Source: Octopus vulgaris (Eukaryota). Taken from it: a DNA stretch of 64,000 bases. The notes under the pieces were generated by a model, which ran no database searches, had not been told where the DNA came from, and saw nothing but the letters and a program-made list of their open reading frames with translations. Positions within the stretch are counted from its first letter, which is position 1. Every line of letters starts with the position of its first letter. The stretch covers positions 6,820,001-6,884,000 of the forward strand of contig OX597836.1 in the NCBI GenBank assembly GCA_951406725.2, written 5' to 3'. This document shows, piece after piece, positions 56,208 to 64,000 of this stretch. The position numbers were made by a program, and so were the translations under genes.

Positions 56208-56627
56208 GCCTATATTCCTATAAACTTAATATATAAATGTGCACACAAGATATATATACATTCATTTACACACACATATATATATATATATTTATGTGTG
56301 TGTATGTATATGTGTGTGTATGTGTGTGTACGTGTGTATGCGTGCTTTTGTATATATGTATATTCGTGTGCGTGTTCGTGTAGTACAGAAAACTAAATCA
56401 AACAGAAAGATATGTTTGCGAATGTGTGCAGGGAGAGTGAGTCGAAAGGGGGTGAGGGAGTATGAGCAAATGAGGGAGGAAGCGAAAGAGAGATTGGGAT
56501 ACGGAGGGAGAGAGCGCACGGGTGAGAGAGAGAGTGGGAGAGGGAGAGAGAAGGAGGGAGGGAGAGAGAGAGACAGTTGGTTAAAATGAGGAAGAGTAAA
56601 AAGGGAGATTTTGAAAGTTAATAATAG

Positions 56628-56675
<48 letters not shown>

Positions 56676-56788
56676 CAGACAGATAGACAGACAGATAGAT
56701 AGAGGAGGGAGAGGACGAAATATAAAGGAAATGTACTCCCGTCTTGTTGTCAATCTGAGAGACTTACACAAAAACAACATCTACGACG

Positions 56789-56836
<48 letters not shown>

Positions 56837-56882
56837 GACACTACTACCACTACTACTATTACACCAACAAGTATAATAATAA

Positions 56883-57103
56883 TGGTTTGAAATTTTGTCA
56901 GAGCGGCAGCCATTTTGGGGCGGGAAGGAGACTTGTCGATTAGATCGACCCCCAGTGTTTCACTGGTACTTAATTTATCAACCCCGAATGGATAAAAAGG
57001 CCAAGTCGTCTTGGGTGGAATTTGAACGCAGAACGTAGCGACGGGCGAAATACCGCTGAGCATTCCGCCCGGCGCGCTTAACAATTCTGCCCAGCTCACC
57101 ACC
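56883..57103 (-). mobile_element. SINE family B
   Basis: Homologous to 52691-53083. Confidence 0.85.
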
Positions 57104-57125
57104 AATAATAATAACAACAACAATG

Positions 57126-57196
<71 letters not shown>

Positions 57197-57206
57197 TGAC
57201 GATGAC

Positions 57207-57258
<52 letters not shown>

Positions 57259-57268
57259 ATGTTGTTGT

Positions 57269-57363
<95 letters not shown>

Positions 57364-57719
57364 GTGATGATGATGTCGAAGACGATGATGATGATGATGA
57401 TGATTATGTTGATGATGATAATGATGATGATGATGATGATGTCGAAGACGATGATGACGATGATGATGATGATGACGATGATGACGATGAAGATGATTTT
57501 TATTGGTCTCAAGTCCCAAGACATGGAGGACAATATCAAAGGCAGAGACACAACACACGACACAGGTAAAGAGCGACTGTAATAAGAACAACAAGAACAA
57601 ACGAGAACATCAGTCGGTAGAGTGCTAGCAAGGAGTGTAATGGTGGTCTTGGGATTGTCGTTCATGTTGTTCTTGTTGTTATTGTAGTGGCGGTAACGAT
57701 AGAGGTGGCAGTAGTAGTA

Positions 57720-57750
<31 letters not shown>

Positions 57751-58080
57751 CAGTAGTAGTAGTAGTGGTAGTAGTGGTGGTGGTGGTGGTGGTGGTGGTG
57801 GTGGTTGCGGTGGTGGTGGTAGTGGTTGTGGTGGTGGAGATGGTGGTGGTGTTAGTGATGGTGTTGATAGTGGTTGTGTTGATAATAGTGGTGGTGGTGA
57901 TTGTAGTGGTGATTGTAGTGGTGGTGATAGTGGTTGTGGTAGTGGTGGTAGTGGTTGTGGTAGTGGTGGGAGTGGTGGTGTTGGTAGTGGTGGTTGTGGT
58001 ACAGGTGGTGGTTGTGGTACAGGTGGTGGTTGTGGTACAGGTGGTGGTTGTGGCGGTGTTGGTGGTAATAGTGATAGTGC
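57104..58080. repeat. (AAT)n, (GAT)n, (GTA/GTG)n microsatellite field
   Basis: Read directly. Confidence 0.95.
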
Positions 58081-58505
58081 GGGGGAGTAACGCAAAAGCC
58101 GTTAAATTCCTCCACCCATCGACACGTACACCCGAACCCACCCTTTATGCGCATTAAAACCAACCGGGTAACATTGTATGCTTAATGTATACCCCCTTCA
58201 CCACAAACCTCACACCTACACCACCACGTTTCATTAAAGACTTGTTGTACTCACAAAAGAAACTTCAACTGTCTACTGCACCCACTGTCACCTGCTGGCA
58301 CCCAGTGGCACCCGAAGGTACTCCGTTCGCTTTTGTCTACCTTTTCTTCTTTGTGACAGACGCCAATTGAAAATGATACCCGCCACTACATCGCAGTAAA
58401 CCAATTCAATTTCGAATTAAACTGCTCTAGTAATATAAGCATTATCGCTCGCATGTACGCTAAGCATTTGTGACCAATAATGTGTGTTTCTCTCTCTCTC
58501 TCTCT

Positions 58506-58552
<47 letters not shown>

Positions 58553-58685
58553 CAACAATTGAGGGTAAAATTCTTCTGAGAGAAGTTTTCTTAAAGTAGT
58601 GGAAATGGCTAAAAACTTTTTGGCTGCTATTTCTAGAAAGTTCAGTATGTGGCAAAGTAATTTATTTTACTAAGCCCTAATTATA

Positions 58686-58742
<57 letters not shown>

Positions 58743-58745
<3 letters not shown>

Positions 58746-59155
58746 GTGAAGTATATTTGCCACCTAAATGTGGTTAACCCTTAAGGGTTGATGCTACTGT
58801 AGCTTGTAGTCCCAGCAAGACAGCTCCAGCTGGTCATTGGCACAGTATGTGTGCCCTATCAGTATTTGCAAAGGGAAGTCATCGTTCCCATCTCCAGCCT
58901 GACATAATACACACGGACCTGAGATTCTGGATATTTACCGTCATCACTGTGTGACAACCACCGGTTGGCGACTGGAAATGATTCTCAATGCATATATATA
59001 TACATACTTTTTCCAGTGACGAAAAATCACTGATCTCGAAAAGTGGAAACAGGCAATAATAAATCTCTGGGCTAGATATAAACTGTAGCTATACGACATC
59101 GTGAAGTATATTTGCCACCTAAATGCGGCTAACCCATAATGGGTCGATGCTAAGT
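58743..59155 (+). mobile_element. ~356-bp unit with terminal direct repeat and decayed hammerhead motif (retrozyme/PLE terminal-repeat-like)
   Basis: TCGTGAAGTATATTTGCCACCTAAATG.GG.TAACCC.TAA.GG.TGATGCTA at 58744 and ~59099; motif at 59010-59049. Confidence 0.55.
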
Positions 59156-60299
59156 ATGTAAGGTGCTTCTGTGCAGTCGCTCAACCCGCTAGAAATAGCA
59201 TCCCAATCTCCCTCGAATACATTCCAGAAAAACACACACCGGATGGCTTCTATGACAATACATCTGTTGGAAATGGAGGAGGAACAGCAATGGAAACGAC
59301 CAGCTGCATCCACCAAGCCCCAACCCACACCACACCTTCTGCTTTTGTTGTTCTGAAAGCATCTCCCTTGGGGTCAACTCCATCAATCACCATTTAACAT
59401 TCATGTTCTGTCGTCAGTCACATCAATCACATCATTCACATCCTGGACACCACGCCGCATCATGGCTAATCAGTCCTACCAGCGATACAACAAGCATTAC
59501 CACAGAACTACCACTACTAGTGCCTACACTGCAACAACGTACCACTACTAATACTAATACCTATACTGTCACAGCTTTACCACTACAACAAACGCCAGTA
59601 CTGTTACAATCATACTGCTATGACTACTAGTGCCAATACTGTCACACTCATACTACTACTAGCACCCATACTGCAACAACGTACCACTATAATACTAACA
59701 CCTGCACAACCACAGCTCTACCACTACAACAAAAAGCAATACTAACGCCCACACTTCAACAATGTACCACTAAAAATACTAACACCCAAACCGACATAAC
59801 TCTACCACTACTACAAACACCAATACTGCTATGACTACTAGTTCCTAAATTGTGACAATCATACCACTACTACTATCACCCACACCACAACAATGTAACA
59901 CTAGCAATTATAACACCCACACTACCACTACTAACACCCATACTGCCGCAAGTGTGCGACTGCCAGAACTAAACTCACGCTGCAACAACGTACCACTAGT
60001 AATACTTGCGCCCATACCGTCCCACTTCTCGCACTGTAACAAACATCAATACTGTAACAATCATACCACTATGACAACTAGCACCCATACTGTTACAGTC
60101 ATACCACTAAAACCTATACTGCAATAACTGTACCACTACGAACACCCATACTTCGATAACCTTACTACTACAACTAGCACCAAAACCGCAACAAGCCTAC
60201 CATCACAAACATCGCTTCCACCAGTAAAGACAACCACAATAATGGGAGTGAAAGCGATGAGGACACTCCGACCGCCATTTTCAGTAGTCACAATGCTGT

Positions 60300-60343
60300 A
60301 ATCATACTACCATCACCCCCACCACAACCACCACCACTACTAT

Positions 60344-60414
<71 letters not shown>

Positions 60415-61460
60415 TTGCTGCTGCTGTTACTACTACTACTATTACTACTACTACAGCTTCTACTGCTACTACTTCCACTACTACTACTATTAGTACTACA
60501 GCTGTTACTATCACTACTACTTCTACTACTACTACTACAACTACTTTTGCAACTACTACTACTACTTCTACTACTACCACTACTGCGTCACCGTTGCCAA
60601 CGATTTCACTACTACAACCATCGCCTTCACTACCACCACTACCGCCATCACCAACTTTCTTCCAGCAATATAAATATTACTGTGACCAACACTATCACAT
60701 CCACAACCACAACCACAACCACCACTACCACCACCTGAACCACCACCACCACCACCACAACCACCACCACAGCCACAGCCACAAACACAACCACCACCAA
60801 AACCATCACCACAACCACCACCACCACCGCCTCTACCGAAGCCTTTTCCACCAACAAAGTCATAAATACCACCGCCGAAACCACCATCATCAGCGCCTCT
60901 ACCAAAGCCACTACCACCAAGACCACAATCAGCATTATCCTAGCAACCACCACCACCAGCAGAGCCACAACTACCACTACCATCAAATCCATCACCACTG
61001 TTATCACCAATGACAACTAGGCCACCATCCCCACCACCAACACCACCACCACTACCAACACCAACACCTTCACCAATCAAGATACTATCGCCAATACTAC
61101 CATCAAAGCCATCACCATCACCATCATCAAAGCAGACAGCACCACCAAAACCACCACCGCCACAACCATCGACAATGCTATCAACAACACTACAACTTTT
61201 ACCTAAAACCATCACCACCACCACCACCACTACCACATAAGTCACCACCACCACCAACCAACACTACCAGAGCCACCAATACCATCACAACCAAAGCCAC
61301 CACCACCACAACCACCACTACCGTCACCAAAGCTGCCAACACCACCACGAGAAACACCACCTGCATCACCAAAGCCACAACCACTAACAACACATAAACC
61401 GCCGCCACCACTACCACCATCACCACTACCACCACCACCATTACCACCACCACCACCAAT
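60300..61460. repeat. (TAC)n/(CAC)n microsatellite field
   Basis: Read directly. Confidence 0.95.
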
Positions 61461-61971
61461 AATCTAGTGCTCTATCTCTACTCCCCCCTCCCCTCGCCCC
61501 CTCCTTACAACAAACATCACCGCTCAGAAGGTTAATTCAGACATGTCTTTGTTAGCTAAACTGTGATTTCCCCAGAGATGGACGAGAAATTACTGATTGT
61601 CTGACATGAACAGTATGGGATGTAGTGTATGGCTTGTAGTGTGTGTTTGGTTTATGGAGTGTGGTGTGTGTGTATGTGGGACGCGATGTATGGGATGTAG
61701 TTGTGGAAAGTGTGCCGTTACGTGTATTGTAGTGTGATGTATATTGCATGTACGAATATACGTGTATATATATATATATATACATATACAAGCATATACA
61801 CACACTCACATAAATGTATATATGTATTGTACATACATATATATATTGCATGCATGTATACTTGCTTAATGCATACATACACATATATTCATACATATAT
61901 ATACACACACTCGCACACACACACACATATGCATACATAAATAAAAATGTGTCACCAGTTCAAATATGCTA

Positions 61972-62035
<64 letters not shown>

Positions 62036-62063
62036 CACACACATAGTGTAAGAGAGAGAGTTT

Positions 62064-62141
<78 letters not shown>

Positions 62142-62153
62142 TAGAATAGAATA

Positions 62154-62195
<42 letters not shown>

Positions 62196-62219
62196 GACAG
62201 ACTATATGTGTGCGTGTGT

Positions 62220-62830
62220 GTCTCTATGTCTTTATGTCGCTTGGCAATCGAAGATGGTGTGTTTACCTCTCCACAAGCTAGCGGTTCGGCAAAAGAATCC
62301 GATAGCATAAGTACCAGGCTTTATACAAAAAAAAAAAAAATACGTATCGGATACCATTCATTCAACTAAAAATTCTTCAAGGTTCTGCCCCAGTATGGCC
62401 ACAGCCAAATTACTGAAACAACGAAAAGAACATGAATCTACAAAATCAGTCACGTTTTCTTGTTCTTCACACATTTTGCAAACTTTAATTTCAAACAAAA
62501 TACAGGATCATTAAAATTTAAGTTCAAAGTTTAATTTTGCCTCTTAAATTACGAAAACAGAGCTTTTAAAAAATTTGCTATTTCAAAGACGAAAGGTCTT
62601 TTATCTTATGTCTTTTAGTTGTTGCAATCATTAGACTGTGGCCATGCTGGGGCATCACCTTGATGAATTATTAGTCGAATGAATCAGTCTCAATACTTGC
62701 TTCCTTTTTTTAAAAACTTAATGCTTATTCAATCGGTGTCATTTGCTGAACCGCTAATTTATAGAAACTTAAACACACCAACATCGGTTGCCAAGAGGTA
62801 GTGGAGGACAAACACAAACGCAGACACACA
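62220..62830. mobile_element. Two SINE family A 3' halves in inverted (tail-to-tail) orientation
   Basis: 62220-62430 (+) and 62590-62830 (-) share the AGCGGTTC.GCAAA, CCGAT.G.ATAAG and GCCCCAG.ATGGCCACAG blocks. Confidence 0.8.
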
Positions 62831-62873
62831 TCCGTATACATACACATACACACACACACGCACACATACATAG

Positions 62874-62939
<66 letters not shown>

Positions 62940-62942
<3 letters not shown>

Positions 62943-63084
62943 TTTTTTTGCGAAATGAGATAAAAAAACAAGGCTGTATAGATATCAGAGCATTTATAGA
63001 TAGAAGGTCTATAGACCTATCTATAAATGCTTTAATATCTATACAGCCCTTGGTTTTTTTTTTATCTCATTACGCAAAAAGTTC
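62940..63084. repeat. ~145-bp imperfect palindrome (foldback)
   Basis: Arms TTTTGCGAAATGAGATAAAAAAACAAGGCTGTATAGATATCAGAGCATTTATAGATAG and its near reverse complement; centre GGTCTATAGACC. Confidence 0.9.
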
Positions 63085-63245
63085 TGATATGCACACGCTG
63101 ACATAGAACCAGCGTTGAACCCTTTATTCGCAATATTACCGAATCTGGAACTTAACTATGGTTTGTCTATAGCACTTATTCAGCATTACCTGACATCTTT
63201 GGGTCTCAATGACACCATTATCTATTATATATATATGTGTGTGTG

Positions 63246-63411
63246 TAGTGAGAATTTACAAAAAAACAAAAGACGGGTGCGTAAACATGTATTAGTTTAA
63301 CGCTCGAGAAGTGAGAAAGTCTTCTACGTATCGAGCCTATGCACTTCGACAGAAAGGAACACAGAAATAAACACAGAGAGAAAGCAGAAAAAGGTTTAGC
63401 GATTTATCATG
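63246..63411 (-). mobile_element. Hammerhead-motif short element (copy 3 of 3, more decayed)
   Basis: Homologous to 25295-25460; motif at 63321-63356 with GAUA in place of GAAA. Confidence 0.7.
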
Positions 63412-63419
63412 CGTCACCA

Positions 63420-63596
63420 GCACGCACTCGATAGCTTTCACGCTGCTCTGGAGTAATTGCACCTCTAGCAGGCGGCATCTCTTTTGAACAGTCTACAGGA
63501 TCTCTGGTCTTCAGTTTCCTTAGCCTGCCGGCGCTACCGCCTTGCTGCTGCAGAAGACTTTCTGCCAATGCGTGCTGCTCTCTTTTTCGGTGGCAT
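63420..63596 (-). mobile_element. Probable Helitron Rep/helicase N-terminal remnant
   Basis: MPPKKRAARIGRKSSAAARR*RRQAKETEDQRSCRL resembles the basic N-terminus and ET.EQR..RL repeat of animal Helitron proteins; in-frame stops. Confidence 0.45.
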
Positions 63597-64000
63597 GCTT
63601 GTAGTATCTGGAGAAGGAAAATGGGTTTTAGTGTACCAAGTGAATATCGATTCTATTATTAGCTAACAAAGGCCCTTTTATTCTGTCTTCCCACATAACC
63701 TGCGCATAAAGTAACAATGAATGCCGCATGAAGTGAAACTGGTATAGAGCTTTCTGAAAGATACGTTTAACTTTCGCTAGTGGAAGTATAAAACTTATTT
63801 AAAAGTTGGTTCTTGTTTTAAAAAAAGGTTAGAACCTCAATGCTAAAACGTGTTTTTAAACAACGGGCAAGAGTCGAAATAATATTATTGAAGGGGTAAA
63901 TAAGCATCCTTAAAGTGAAACAACGCATTGGTAGGTAAACAAAGGTATTAACAAATAGAAGAGAAGACATGGAACCTCACCTTTCAAGTAACTCAGAATA

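Overview
AT-rich animal genomic DNA, very probably octopus (coleoid cephalopod). This is inferred from the extreme microsatellite density and the tRNA-derived SINE types, not from a database search. I see no convincing host protein-coding exon, rRNA, tRNA gene or CRISPR array, and almost all listed ORFs are microsatellite translation artefacts. The unique-looking sequence is mostly decayed transposable elements: an L1/Tx1-type LINE 3' end, R4/Dong-type LINE RT pieces, at least five Penelope-like element (PLE) RT or GIY-YIG fragments, DD37D (maT) and mariner transposase remnants, MITEs, Helitron-like pieces and many SINEs. The most notable signal is a set of minimal type I hammerhead ribozyme motifs belonging to several unrelated short elements. 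The best are at 7730, 12154 and 16290, plus a three-copy family with a non-canonical CUGUYGA core (25331, 51448, 63321) and a ~356-bp retrozyme-like unit (58743-59155). All structures and protein similarities were read by eye; ribozyme activity is untested.
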